Shown piece after piece: positions 32,955 to 46,890 of a stretch of 64,000 bases of DNA (positions are counted from its first letter, which is position 1; every line of letters starts with the position of its first letter). Source of the DNA: Azolla caroliniana (taxonomy: Eukaryota > Plantae > Polypodiophyta). The notes beneath the pieces were generated by a model. The model was given only the letters and a program-made list of their open reading frames with translations. It ran no database searches and was not told the origin of the DNA. The translations under genes were made by a program, and so were the position numbers. The stretch is from positions 7,254,001 to 7,318,000 of the forward strand of contig JBHGNT010000014.1 of NCBI GenBank assembly GCA_043228905.1, read 5' to 3'.

Positions 32955-33340
32955 TGTTGAGAGACAAGCTCAACATCGGCCGGATCGGTTGAAGAAGCCG
33001 AGGACCGGATCGGTTGGGACCGATCGGTTAGGCCGAGTGCATAAACCGGGAGGCCGTTAGGAAAGATATTCCGTGAGGAATATATTTGGGAGTTAGTGTA
33101 GGAGCTCTTGATGAGCATTGAAGTACTGTCAGTACTTCAGTCAGTCCTTCTAGGACTTGTATAAAAGTGCTCACTAAGCACGTCTTATGTACAGATTGAG
33201 TATTATTGTTGAATATAGTTTTTTGTGTTTCTCTCTCTGTCTCTCCCGAGTACACTGCGTAAGCTCAAGCTCTCCATTGAACCTAAGTTTCCTTCCTTCT
33301 GTTCGGTCTTCATACTTGCTTCCGCACGTTACTTTCTACA
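32955..33340 (+). repeat. 5' LTR of Copia F
   Basis: About 7 differences from 38128-38514 by eye. Confidence 0.97.
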
Positions 33341-33412
33341 TGGTATCAGAGCGTGAGGGTTGAGAACCTCTCTGCATCCGACACAGCTTGACGAAGAAGA
33401 ACAAGAAGAACG

Positions 33413-36400
33413 ATGGATAGAGGCATGGCAAGCTCGCTTCCAACAGAGAAGCTCGACAGAACCAACTACGCGTCTTGGTCCTACAAGATGCACCAGTACC
33501 TGCTCGGGCACGGCTACTGGAGTTATGTCGAAGGAGCTAATGACGCGGCACCCGAATCGACACACAGAGACTTTCCGTCATGGGAGCAATCGGCGAGCAG
33601 GGTATTATACTACTTCGCGTCGTGTGTGGGCGAACAACTATTGAGCTATGTTCGGGATGCAAAGACGCCGAAGGGTGCGTGGGAAAATCTGAAGAAGATC
33701 TTCGCCGCGAGCACCACAGCCAGGAAGCTTCAGCTCTGACAGGAGTTGAGCAACCTATGACAACGCGACTTGTCGGTGGCGGACTATACCTTGAAGATCA
33801 AGGATATCTACGACTCCCTCGCCTCCATAGAGGTGAACATCGAGGAGAGCGAGATGGTCCAGATCTGTCTCGGAGGTTTGGCGTCGAAGTTCGGAGCGTT
33901 CCGAATGGCTGTGTACCCGGGAGAATATGTCGTCCTTTTTCGACTTACAGTCGATGCTCCTGGTAGAGGAGAACCACGCGGGTGCGTCTACAAGCACGCA
34001 CACCGACAGCAGAATCCTGTACACGGAGGGAGATAGGCCCCGTGGACGTGGAGGACGAGGCGAGTCGGCACGCAATGGAGGCGGCCGACGAGATCAAGAA
34101 ATAAGGCACCGAAGTGATGCCGATCCTCCGGAAACAGGGGGAGTCGAAGCGATGAGAACCGGCAAGGGAAGTCCATCGCGGAGTGTTGGTACTGTGGCAA
34201 GAAAGGCCACAAGGAAAGTGAGTGCTGGAAGAAGCATGCCGATTCGGAGAGAACTGGTTCTGGGAACGGCTCCAGACATACCGACAAGGGAAATCGGCAG
34301 CGATTGCACTACGCCGAAGACTCCGGGAGAGCCGGAGAAGGAACTGCCTTTGTGACGAGACACGAAGCAAACTCAATGAAGCAGACCACCCCGAGATCGG
34401 ACGAGGTGTGGTACGTAGACTCCGGCGCGTCAAACCACATGACAAGCCATAAGGAGTGGTTCTCGTACCTTGAAAAACTGATACAACCTGGAGTAGTCGC
34501 AACAGGAGACGACACTCCGCATCCGATCGCGAATGTCGGAGAAGTTCCCCTTAGCCATGTTGGGCAGAAAGGGAAACTCATGAACGTGCTGCATGTTCCG
34601 ACAATCACGAAAAACTTGGTCTCGGTCGGACAGATCGTCGACCAAGGGATGGAGGTTCAGTTTACACACCTCGGGTGCTTCATTGAGGAAGAAGGCCGTG
34701 TGATTGCGCAAGGGCGCAGAGACGGGAGGATGTTCATCCTCGACTCCACTGACGGCGGCACCGCAATGTTCGCGAAGGGACAAAAGACCGAGTCGGACAT
34801 CGACTTGTGGCACAAGCGGATAGGCCACGTCAACCACCAACGGCTTCAAGATCTGCAATCGAAACAGGTAGTGTTCGGATTGCCCAAATTTAGTGGCCGA
34901 AAGGCACAAATTTGTGAAGCCTGCCAGCTCGGGAAGCAACACCGACTTCCCTTCCCCAACAAGCGAAACCGGAGCCGGAACAAACTCAACCTTATACACT
35001 CCGATGTGTGGGGGCCGGCACAAAACGTTAGTCTTGGCGGGAGCCGATATTTCGTCTCCTTCATCGACGACCACACGCGGCACACGTGGATCTACCTCAT
35101 TGAGAGGAAGAGCGAAGTCTTCAACTGTTTCCGGGACCTCAAAGGGTTCGTGGAAACCGAAACGGGACGAAAAATCAAGTGCCTGCGGTCGGATGGCGGG
35201 AAAGAGTACTTTTCCGGTCAATTCAACGGTTACCTACAACAAATGGGAATTCGCCGCGAATTCAGTTGTAGATACACACCAGAGCAGAACGGCGTGGCCG
35301 AGAGAAAGAATCGGTCGATTGTGGAAGCGGCACGGGCGATGCTGGAGGAGAAGAGCTATATTTCGGAACAAAGCCGAACTTGTGACACTTGAGGGTGTTC
35401 GGTAGCATTGCGTATGTGCATATACCGAAGGAGAAAAGGAGGAAGTTGGACGCAAAGGCCGAGAAATGCATCTTGGTCGGTTACTCGGACGAGCAGAAGG
35501 GTTATAAGTGTTATAACCCTCGCACCAAACAAGCGCGTGTCAGCCGCGACGTTGTGTTTGACGAGTCCGCGTCCTGGTACCTGCCCCCGACTACGAACCT
35601 CGACTCCAATCCGAGCTCTGACGATGAGGTTAGCGAGGCCAAGATGCCTCCGGATGAGCCCAAAATTGAGACCCGCGAAGAGAGTCCGATTTCGCTCCAG
35701 TTAAGTGGACCGATTGGACGACTGGGTCCGTACAACCAGTCCGATGAAGAGCCAGCAAGTAGTGGAGACTCGGTCGTGCATTCCCCGCGCAGGAAGCCGA
35801 GGAGACGGCTTACGCACAAAGAAAAAGGGAAGAAGAAGGTGTCGGATTCCGGCACGGATAGGAACGAGTCAGACCGACGCGAGTCCGACTCCGAGGGAAC
35901 CGGTGACGTGTCTTTAAAGGTGAAGACCGCGTCGACCGAGAAGGCCTCGACATCGGCTAATGTGAGATTATGCCGATCTACCCGCCAGAAGAACCCAGTT
36001 GTGCGGTTCGGATACAACGAGTACATGGCGCATCATTATGCGTACATGACCCGTGTAGCGGAAGTGCGTGAGCCAGAGAGCTACACAGAAGCGGCGAAGG
36101 ACGCGAATTGGTGCTCCGCGATGGAGGAAGAGATGCACGCATTGGCGGAGAACGAGACCTGGGACCTGGTTGACGCACCGAAGGGTGTGAAGCCGATCGG
36201 GTGTAGATGGGTGTACAAGGTCAAGTACAACACCGATGGCTCGGTCAACCGGTACAAGGCTCGGCTAGTGGCAAAGGGCTACGCGCAGAAACACGGCATC
36301 GACTACGATGAGACGTTTGCGCCGGTCGCGAAAATGACGACCGTTCATGTTTTGCTCGCAGTAGCCGCGGCCAAGGGGTGGCACTTACATCAGATGGATG

Positions 36401-38055
36401 TAAAGAATGCGTTCCTGCAAGGTGACCTTGAGGAACAGGTGTACATGGTACAACCCCCCGGATTTCACTCCTGAACGAACTCCTCGGCAATATGCCGACT
36501 GAAGAAGTTCCTTTACGGACTGAAGCAAGCCCCGCGTGCCTGGAACGCGAAGATCACGCAACAACTGCATCGGATGGGTTTCGTCACGTCAAAATCGGAC
36601 TCTTCCCTGTTCATCCGGAAAGGTCGACTCGGCCCGGTTAGTATTCTACTATATGTCGATGACTTGGTCATCACCGGTGCCGACCTAGGTGAAATCGACC
36701 GCGTGAAGCTCCAGCTTGCGGCATCGTTCGACATGAAGGATCTGGGAGACCTTCATTACTTCCTTGGGATCGAAGTGATCCGTACCCCCGAAGGCATATT
36801 GATCAGCCAACGTCATTACGTGCTGAGTATGCTCTTCAAATTCGGGATGGCCGATTGTAAGTCCATCTCGACTCCTCTGGACAGAACCGTCAAACTTCGT
36901 CCCGATACGGGAAAGGTATGCGACCCGACGAGGTTCCGACAAATTGTCAGAAGCCTTATATACTTGACCATCACCCGACCCAACCTCAGTTATCCGGTCG
37001 GGGTGATCAGTCAGTTCATGGCGCGACCTACCGAGGAGCACCTTCAGTGTGCGCAACGCATACTTCGGTATGTCAACGGCACTAAGGACCGGGGACTGCT
37101 ATATCGGACCGGTGCAGCCATGCGGTTAGTCGGCTACACCGGATCTGATTGGGCTGGCAACGCCGCCGATCGCCAATCCACGTCTGGATCCGCGTTCTCC
37201 CTCGGGAGTGCCGCGATCGCGTGGAGTAGTAAGAAGCAGCCGACAGTTGCACTGTCGAGCACCGAAGCCGAGTACCGAGGAGCGGTTGTCGCGACATGCG
37301 AAGCCATATGGTTGAACCGGCTACTTAAGGACCTGCGAGAGGAGGTGTCCGATCCAACGACGATCTACTGCGACAACCTCAGCAGCATCCAACTCGTGAA
37401 GAACCCCGTCTTCCACGCACGAACCAAGCACATTGAGGTGCACTACCATTTCGTCAGTGAGCGTGTCCTTTCTGGTGAAGTCGAACTTTAGTACGTTCCG
37501 ATGGATCGGCAGACTGCTGACATCTTCACCAAGCCTCTTGGTCTTGACAAGTTGCGGCAATTCTCAGGTGCGCTTGGATTGTCTCACCTCGACGTGCCAA
37601 ACTTGAGGGGGAGAACAGTCCCGAACGACCAAGCAAAGCAGCAGGAAAGGAGCGGAGACCGCGACACCGAGTCGGTTGTCGAGTTCGACTTCGGATCGGC
37701 TGAAGAAGCCGAGGGCGGACCCGCTGAAAAGTTCGGAAGCGGACAGAAGGGGAGCAACCGAAGGAGAGAGCCGAAGCCAACCACGCATGAGGAGGATGAC
37801 GCCATCGAGGGCGAGAAGACCGAAGACGAGTTGGAGACAGCCAACTCAGACGAGAGCAAAGACCGATCGGAGGTAGCCGAGTCGGTTCGGATGTTTGATT
37901 CAGACACGCTGAATCAACCGAGGCCCAAGCGGAAGAAAAGGCAGCAGAAGAAGCGTCAACACCGCAACAATAGAAGAGCTTATGAGGGCCACATGAGCAG
38001 ACAAGCCGACCGGAAGGGTCGAAGCGCGTGGAGTCGAACAGGTCGAGGAGCGTGA
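33413..38055 (+). pseudogene. gag-pol: Copia gag-pol of F, with stops, frameshifts and a deletion in integrase
   Basis: Colinear with A's polyprotein: MDRGMASSLPTEKLDRTNYASW, VDSGASNHM, LRSDGGKEY, YVDD, TEAEY. Confidence 0.95.
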
Positions 38056-38127
38056 GCGAGGCGAGAAGCCAGGAGGAACCGGTGCTGTTAAGATCCCGAA
38101 GAGCCTCAAGTTGAGCTTGAGGGGGAG

Positions 38128-38514
38128 TGTTGAGAGACAAGCTCAACATCGGCCGGATCGGTTGAAGAAGCCGAGGACCGGGATCGGTTGGGACCGATCG
38201 GTTAGGCCGAGTGCATAAACCGGGAGGCCGTTAGGAAAGATATTCCGTGAGGAATATATTTGGGAGTTAGTGTAGGAGCTCTTGATGAGCATTGAAGTAT
38301 TGTCAGTACTTCGGTCAGTCCTTCTAGGACTTGTATAAAAGTGCTCACTGAGCACGTCTTATGTACAGATTGAGTATTATTGTTGAATATAGTTTTTTGT
38401 GTTTCTCTCTCTGTCTCTCCCGAGTATACTGCGTAAGCTCAAGCTCTCCATTGAACCTGAGTTTCCTTCCTTTTGTTCGGTCTTCATACTTGCTTCCGCA
38501 CGTTACTTTCTACA
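38128..38514 (+). repeat. 3' LTR of Copia F
   Basis: Copy of 32955-33340. Confidence 0.97.
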
Positions 38515-41196
38515 GTTTCCAACTCCCGTACTGTTGCGACCTTCATCATAAAGGCATAATGGTATGTCATATACTCATCGTAGTTGAAGCGGCTTACAGG
38601 GTTCTTTTCATGGGTGGATCGGCGTAGATTCTCGTTTGCGAATTCTAAGGCTTTCTTCACTCCATTTGTCTGGATGTCAAGGCCTTCGAACTGACTATCG
38701 AGGGAGTGAGTCGATTCGTTGCCATCGAAATGAGCGTCTTCATACTCCAGCATTTTGGCCTTCCCTTTGTCCAACTTCGAACTTAGTCGAGATGTGCTTT
38801 GATTACTCAAAGCCTCTTGTGGTCCGCTCAGTCGGGTCATGATCGAACTTTCTTCGAACATGCACGTAAGGCGATCTTCATCCTCTATCTCTTGTTTGGA
38901 GGATTCCGGGTCGAGCGGAATTGGAGTCGACGTTGTCTCTGGTGCGTACCAGGATGTGGACTCGTCAAAAACGATGTCTCGACTTACTCGAGATTTTCGA
39001 GTTGAGGGGTTGTAGCACTTGTACCCCTTTTGCTCCAGTGAGTATCCTACGAGGATACATTTCTCCGACTTCGGGTCAAGCTTTTGACGCTTTGCGTTGG
39101 GGATGTGCACGTACGCAATGGAGCTGAATATCCAAACATGCGATAGGTCTGGCTTCTTTCCGAAGAACTTCTCATGCGGGGTAAGTTCATGCACACCCGA
39201 TGTCGTACACCGATTCATGAGATAGACGGCCGTGTTAGCTGCTTCCACCCAATACGATTTCGGCATGTGCTTTTCATTAAGCATAGCCTGTGCCGATTCT
39301 TGCGTTCGGCCACTCCGTTTTGTTGTGGCGTATGTCGACACGAAAACTCTCATCGTATTCCTTCTTTCCATAGAAACGTCGAAAATTCGTCGAAGAAGTA
39401 CTCCTTGCCTCCATCCGACCGAAGACATCGTACATGTCGGTCCGTGGCTTTCTCGACTTCATTCTTAAATTTTTGGAAGTGTCTAAACACTTCACTCTTT
39501 TGTCACATCGAGTAGATCCAACTGTGCCTAGAGAAGTCATCGATGAAGGTCACTTAGTATCGACATCTGCCGAATGTCGCCGTTTGAGCCGGACCCCATA
39601 CATCGGAATGAATTACGTCAAGTACACCTTTGCTCACGTTCCGCTCGTTCGGAAATGGGTGCCGATGTTGCTTGCCGAATTGGCAAGCGGCACACGCGCC
39701 TTCAATCTCTTTCTCCGTGAATGTTGGGAGCTCGATGACGACTCCTTTCAATTACATTGCCTTGAGCTTTTGGAGGTTGATATGGCCAATCCGCTTGTGT
39801 CATAACTCTATGTTGGAATCGACTTTCATGCCCTTTGCGAACATGGTCGATTTCATCTCGTGTGAGTCGAGAATGAACATTCGGCCTCTCTTCGTCCACG
39901 TGCGATGAGTCAGCCCTCTTTTTCGATGAACCAACCGCCTTGATTAAATCGTACTTGCATTTTTCTCTACAATTTGGCCGATGGAGACCAAATTCTTCGT
40001 GATAGTTGGTACATGCAAGACATTTTTAATATAAGTTTGCTTACCTTCTTCTCCAAATGGAACATTGCCGATGTGCCGAATCGGGTGCATAGTATCGTCT
40101 CCGGTTTCGACATAGCCGAGTCGGTCCGGATCTCGAAGTTCTAGGAACCATTCTTGATGCGACGTCATATGGTTCGAGGCACCAAAATTGACGAACCATA
40201 CGTCTTCCAAACCGGAGGCATTAGTAGAAGTAGAGGCCGACATAGAATTCGTTCTATGTCTCATCACGAACATTCCGCCGCGATCGTCATAGTCGGAGTT
40301 GATGGCGTAGTTGGTGAGTTGTCAACTAGTGGAAGCCGACTCGTGTATCGTCTTACGGCATTCTTCTTCGTGGTGGCCGACTTTCCCGCAATATCCGCAT
40401 TCGATTGAGGTTTGTCGGCTCGGACCGGAAGGGTGGCTCCCCCTTCTTCCGAAGGTTCCCCCCGATGGCCTCCATCTTGTTGTCGTAATTGAGAGTTGTT
40501 TTCGTAACCCGAGCCTCGCCCGCCTCGTCCTTGGCCGAATCAGCCTCTTCTTGCACGGCCGCGTCCTCTTCCTCCGTCCGAATGCGTGTAGAGCATGTGG
40601 TCTTCTGAGGTGTTGCTCCTCGTTCGAACATGGTTTTCTTCGACCAACAACATAGATTGAAGATCGAAGAAGGAGGGTGGATTCTCTCGTGCTAGTAAGG
40701 CGGTCCGCATCGCACCGAATCGTGGTGCAAGGCCGCCGAGGCATATTTGCACCATCTTATCATCGTCCACATTGACACTTATCGAGCCGAGCGAGTCACA
40801 AAGCTCCTTGATCTTCAAGGTGTAGCTTGTAATGGACATATCCCTTTGTTGGATGTTATTCAACTCTTGGCGGAGTTGAAGCTTCCTCGCGGTTGTGTTG
40901 GCGGCGAAAATCTTTCGTAGATTCTCCCATGCTTCCTTTGGCATCGTGGCTTCTCGAATGTAGCCGAGCATGTGATCATGAACACATGTTGCCAAGCAAT
41001 ACATTACTCGACTCGCCGCTTGCTCCCATGTTGAGTAGTCGGCGTCTTCCGGGTTAGGCCGATTTTCTTATGCTCCTTTGATGTAGCTCCAATAGCCTTG
41101 GCCGACAAGGTATTGGTGCATCTTGTACTCCCAAGATGCAAAGTTGTTGCGATCCAACTTCTCGCTAGGGAGAGCGCTCCCCATTTGAGTATTCAT
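38515..41196 (-). pseudogene. gag-pol: Copia B gag, protease and integrase (frameshifted)
   Basis: [66 protein letters not shown]. Confidence 0.93.
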
Positions 41197-41368
41197 TGTC
41201 GATGTAGATTTCTTCCTTCTTTTCTTTTCCTTCTCTCTCGAACACGAGCTATGTAGTCGCACTACGATAGTGATGAGCCGGTTCTTCTTGAACGTCGGCG
41301 TAGAGCACAACACACGATCACAATGAGGCGAGTGGGCTAGATCAAGCTACCAAATCGCTCTGATACCA

Positions 41369-41827
41369 TGTAAAGAATCAATGGTGATTCTTGTGTAGCG
41401 GAAGAGATGTGTGTTATGTGTATGTGTGAGAGGAAAGATGAGAGGAGAGAAACACAAGATGGATAAGAGACAAAAATGAAGTACTCAAGAAGAAGGAGAT
41501 GCATATTAGCAAGGAGAATATGATAAATGAAAATGTAGCATTACAAGGAGTCACAACCGACTTAGTATGAAGTGTGAGGAGGGTGCTTTATATATAGTCA
41601 CCCTCTCTCTTCATTAACTAACTACAACCACCACTCTCTCTCTTGGGGAATGTGAAGACTCATAGTCATGGGGAATATGTAACTCATTAGTTTGTGTCAT
41701 AGAATATGATTCTATGCCACATAGTTAATGTGTAGAGAGTAGTGGTGTGACTCTTGACCTTAGAGTAATCATGGATTCTCAAAAGGTGTGTTCACACGTT
41801 GCACTATGTTGATCTTGATTCTCAACG
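41369..41827 (-). repeat. 5' LTR of Copia B
   Basis: Copy of 8205-8664, next to the minus-strand PBS TGGTATCAGAGC (41357-41368). Confidence 0.95.
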
Positions 41828-42221
41828 TTAAGCATCGATTTCTTTCATGCTTGATGGCTACAGTCACATATGGAGAACAATGAACTGATGCCTCATTTCC
41901 AAATTTATTTTGAGTTCTTGAGGTATTGGGGGCTTTGGTTTAATTAGAATAAACGAAATGCCTTCACTTTTTATTCACAAATTGGGGTGACAAAATATGT
42001 TGTAAAGTTATGTTATAGAAGTCACAAAATCTAAACCATAAAGACAGAGAACTTTGCAAGATCACATATCATCATATTCAACATTAGAATTAGTCTATAG
42101 GGTGGGATTGAGTTTGTTGTCATAGAAGTAGTAATATTTAGATCCCTATAAGGGTTTTATACTTTGTTGTAAGCTAATACTTATGGTGGTGTATTTCCAT
42201 TAGTAATGAAAGCCATTATTT

Positions 42222-42255
<34 letters not shown>
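41828..42255 (+). mobile_element. 3' end of LINE #1, ending in ATTTACGAA(GA)n
   Basis: Resumes the zf-RVT region (KHRFLSC). Distance to the (GA)n tract is similar to that in LINE #2. Confidence 0.55.
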
Positions 42256-42259
<4 letters not shown>

Positions 42260-42291
42260 AACGCCCTATAAGAAGAGGAGGAGGAGGAGGC

Positions 42292-43858
42292 ATGGCTACA
42301 TCAACATAATTGGGAGAGTGCTGCAACATTTTCTTCTGCCAACAATTCGGATGTCATATTGTCAATTCCAGGTTAATTATCATCCTATTATTTTTCTTTT
42401 CATTCTAATTGAAACGTAGAATCTATGGAAGAGATGGATACATGTATAAATGCAAGAAAAATACATAGCCAAAGGGAAGAAGGAGAAGATGATGTTATTG
42501 TGAAGAAACAAAAGATTGGAACTATGCACATGTTATGGGTGAAGGTGAGGAGAAGAGGAATGATCATTACTGGGAAGTTATGCATGTAGTTGCCAATGAA
42601 GCTCTCCATGAGATTTTACCAGATGATATAGAGATGGTGGCCAATATAGAAGAGGATGAGATCGTAGAGGTAGAGATGCCACGTAGGGAAATTTTTAAGG
42701 CGTTTTCCATGTTTCATGAGAGAGCATTATTTGCTTCTTTATGGGAAAAATTCCTTTGGTACATTGGGTTGCTCAATGGTTAAATGCAATGGTAGCTAGG
42801 AACAATGTGGAAGATGTGTATAAAGGTCCGCGAGGTTTTTTTGAGGTGGTGTTTCGAACCGAAGAACAACGAGATAGATTATTATCACGTGTGCCAGTCT
42901 TTTATAATAGTAATGTAGTCTGTATTGTCCCTTGGCGGCCGCTAGCTGAATTTCAAGAAATTTTAAAACAAGCGCGTCCAATATGGGTGGAAGTAGAGTG
43001 TAAATTTTCTTTTTTGTGGCCTATAATTCAAGGTGTAATGGAACAATTGGGAAAGGTGATAGTAGCTCCAAATGCCAAAGCATATAATAGACATAAGTTA
43101 TGTATGTTGTGGAATACAACTAAAAAGAGACCTTTGTGGCTAAACATAAAAACTAAGGAGATGAGGTCATTCTATTGGCAACTGCATTGGGGATCATTTG
43201 CCGGTCATTGCTTCCGATGTGGTGGTTTGGGCCATTTCATGGTAGAATGTCCACAAAAACCGGAAGTAGAGGTGACTAATACTTCCCATGGTGATGTGTT
43301 AATTCCAGAGTATGTCACAAAGGACAATGAGGTGTTGAAAACTAAGGAAGCAAATGTCGACAAAGGTAAAGGTGTTGCTATTTTGGAACATAAAGACAAA
43401 TATATTGAAGAAAGAATGCAAGACTTAATAGATGATTATAGGTCTTGGATTAAGGTGGGGCCTCTAAGGTCAATCATCCAAGGCAACAAAAAGAGAAAGT
43501 TCATGAACATCATGGCCAAGAGAGGGGTAGTTCCTCTAAAGATCCTATGGGGGTGTCTTATGCACCTAATTATGATCAATTGAGAAGAAGGTCAAAACCG
43601 TGGCAAAGTTGACTGTATCAACAATCTAATCAAGGGACAAAACCTTTCAAGCTTAGGTTTGATAAGAATGGTAAAATCAATTTACCATTAGACAAACAAA
43701 ATTGGAAAAGAAATAGTTCATGGGGTACAATGATATCCACCGATAGACATCAACCATCTGTGCAAAATGCATTTGCAGTTTTAAGTGATTATTTTAGGGA
43801 TATACCCAAGATATTGGCACAACGGGAACGTGAACAAGCCCACAAACATCCTAATTAG
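42292..43858 (+). pseudogene. LINE ORF1 (RRM/DUF4283-like region plus zinc knuckle)
   Basis: GFFEVVFRTEEQRDRLL..VCIVPW..PIWVE and CFRCGGLGHFMVECP. Frameshifted. Confidence 0.85.
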
Positions 43859-43864
43859 TGATTG

Positions 43865-46800
43865 ATGAAAATAGTCACATGGAATGTAAGGGGATTTTTT
43901 TCTTCGTCTAAGCGATATAGTATGTGGAAAATTGTTTTTATTAGTCAATGGGATGTATTATGTGCAGTAGATCATAAGGAGCATGTTAAGTTTGGGTCTT
44001 CTCTTCAGTATAAGCAATATCATGTGTTTTATGCTGGAGTCATTGGAGGGTTGTATTCAAGCATAATGCTTATTGTAAGGGATTGCTTGAAACCAATCGT
44101 GGTTTAAAGAGATGTTCATGGTCGGTTCTTGGTGGTTGAAGTTAATTATGAAGGGAATAAGATTTGGGTGGTAGGTATTTATGCACCAAATGTTGCAGGG
44201 CAATGTATTAATCTTTGGAGAGCTTTACATAATGTTTTACGCCATGGAAGAGCAGGATTTTTATTAGGTGATTTTAACATGTGTTCAGAGGTGGGTCAAT
44301 CTACTTCGATGCATGGCCTCATGGATGCTCCTGAACGAGAGGTTTGGAATTTGTTTATGATGGAGGTCTTAAGGTATGATGCATGGACTTGGATTAATGG
44401 ACATGATGTTGGTTATACATTTCAATCTACACAATATAGATCAACTTGGAGTAGATTGGAATTTACATTATGCATGATGAGACATTTTTTCCATCGCTTA
44501 TGACTATGCAAGTTTATGGGGGGATTGGATTATCAGATCACTTCTCGGTTGTGTTGGACTGCACACATCAAACTATGGATGATTTTAGATTGTTTTTGGG
44601 AAAACAACCATTGCGGTTTACTTTATCTTTTCTTGGACATAATAACTTTAAACATGCTATGGGACAATTGGTGGAAGAGTTAACTAGACAAGTCAATGTT
44701 CATGGTCTTTCGTCATGGGATGTTTGTCTCTCTACTATTCAACGCTTTACACGATATTATGGAATTCATCAAGCATCCATCTGTAAACAAAAGATGAGTT
44801 TAATCAAACAATTTCTAGATAGATTTAATGCATTGTTGGTGAAATGTCCATTTGATGATGTGTTGTTGGATATTCAAGAGACATTGTCACATGCTTTACA
44901 AGTGTTAGAGGTTTGTAGTTATCAACAATCACAGGTGATGGCTATGAAAAATGAAGTACATGATCACAATTGTCATTCACATAAGTTTTTCCACGGGTTG
45001 CATGCATCTCATGCTAGGATGAATGTGGTATGCGTAGAGATTGATGGAACTTTAAATACAAACCCACAAGTGATTATTGATGAGTGTGTTAAGCATTTCA
45101 AGAATCTTTTTGGGCAAGAAGGTAATCTAAATGATGACATAACACAAGTGAGATCAATGTTCTTTAACTCAGTTACAACGACTGGTGGGCAACATGTCAT
45201 GTTGGCCTTGGAGGAGGATATACAAGAGGAGGAGGTCGAATATTTATTATCACATCTCTCAGTTAATAAAAGCCCGGGTTGGGATGGCATTACGAATGAG
45301 TTTTTAAAAGCATTTGTACGACAACTCAAAGGTCCTCTAACAATGGTATTCCAAGAAGTGTGGAGTTTTGGTAAAATGCCTGATTCATGGAGAACAGGCT
45401 TGGTTAAGCTTATACCAAAAGTTGCATCTCCTATGTCTTTTTCTCAATGGAGATAGATATCATTAATGGGTGTGGGTTGTATAAGATTTTTACCAAAGTA
45501 ATTGCAAAAAGACTTCAAAAGGTATTGTCGTATGTGGTTCATCCATTGCATATATGGGTTTATTAAGGGAAGGGATAACTTGCATAATATTTTGAATGTG
45601 CAAATGGCAATGGATTATGCAAAAGCATCCAAACAACAAATTGTAATGATACAACTAGATATCGAGAAGGCATATGATCATGTAAGTTGGTCTTTTATTA
45701 CTCAACTCTTGTCCCATATGGGTTTGGGGGAAATGATGTCTCGCATCCCCTTGTTGGTGGGATTAGGTGCAGTGTCCCATAGTATGTTAAGTGGTGGAGT
45801 AACTAAAGCAATACCATTGGCAAGATCACTTCGACAAGGATGCCCATTGAGTCCATTGTTATTTGCAATTGCTACACACCCAAATTTGGTGAAGATGCAT
45901 GAGTTGGCAACATGTGGGGAAATAGTTGGACTAGCTCTACCATCAGAGAAACAATTGATAGCTCAGGCATTGGCCGATGATTCGTTCTTATTTCTTAAAG
46001 AGGTACCTGATAATATAGCAAAAGCCATGGAGGAACGGTGGAAGATGGTATATTAGAGTCATGTTGGAAAACGATGGCCTTTCGAACATTTATAAATAAG
46101 TTTCATATACCACGTGGATATGGGTACATTTTGGAATCAATATTGGCATTGCCTAGATTAGTTTTCCCGATTCTAGTGTTGGTGGTTGCAGACTCATAGA
46201 AAGATTGGTCGTTGCGTATAGGACAATCAATTTTTGTGGTGAACACTAATGATGTATACCATAAGTTGGTTGAAGATAGAGCTTGGTTAGCAACCAAGGT
46301 TGTAAACACATGGTACATTACTCAACATGCAAAGTGGTGGAGTAGAGTTTTGGATGCAGGATGACAATCTAATCTTCTGTTCCGTGCTAAGGTGTTTCTT
46401 TGGCGTGTGATTGTTGGTGGGTTGCCTTTGGCGATGACTTTAAAACATCGAAATATTTCAAATGGGACATGTTTCTTTTGCACGGTGGTTGAGGAAGATG
46501 CTAGACATAGGTTCATTACATGTCAGGTTGCTAAAGCCATTTGGGTTGTTATATCACAGATTTGGGCATTGATAACAGGCAATATTCTGTCACTGTTTAA
46601 CTGGGTTTTTATTGAGGACGATAAAGGCATGCCTGCACCATCATATAAGGTCGTGTTTGACTACCTTAGGTATTGGAGGGTGTGGTTTAATTGGACCATG
46701 AGAAATGGGTTCTTGTTTGATGGACTTCATGGGGTAACACAACAACTCCGTAGGATGAAAGGGAAATTGATGTGACAATTTCACAACTATGTTGTTTGGG

Positions 46801-46890
46801 GACGTTGTCCTGAGAGGAGATAGAGGTATACCATCTAGTTTTGCAACACTTGAGAGGGTTTCCCATGCATTATCACTACTCATGATGTAG
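43865..46890 (+). pseudogene. LINE ORF2 (AP endonuclease, RT, zf-RVT), with an internal deletion near 46030
   Basis: MKIVTWNVRG, GIYAPN, LGDFN, LSDHF, KSPGWDG, LDIEKAYD, RQGCPLSPLLF, LADDS, CFFC..EDARHRFITC. Confidence 0.92.

Larger units (their letters stand above)
32955..38514 (+). mobile_element. Ty1/Copia LTR retrotransposon F (close relative of A), 5-bp TSD GTTTC
   Basis: LTRs 32955-33340 and 38128-38514. GTTTC at 32950-32954 and 38515-38519. PBS TGGTATCAGAGC at 33341-33352. PPT GAGGGGGAG before 38128. Confidence 0.97.
8205..41827 (-). mobile_element. Ty1/Copia LTR retrotransposon B (about 5.4 kb without inserts), interrupted by C, D(+E) and F
   Basis: LTRs 8205-8664 and 41369-41827. 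TSD TTAAC/TTAAG (4 of 5 match). PBS on the minus strand at 41357-41368. Coding fragments rejoin in frame across the C and D TSDs. Confidence 0.93.

Noticed and set aside
1476-41313. Many 60-260 aa overlapping or antisense ORFs within the retroelements
   Set aside because: Shadow frames of GC-rich gag-pol sequence, with no independent motifs.
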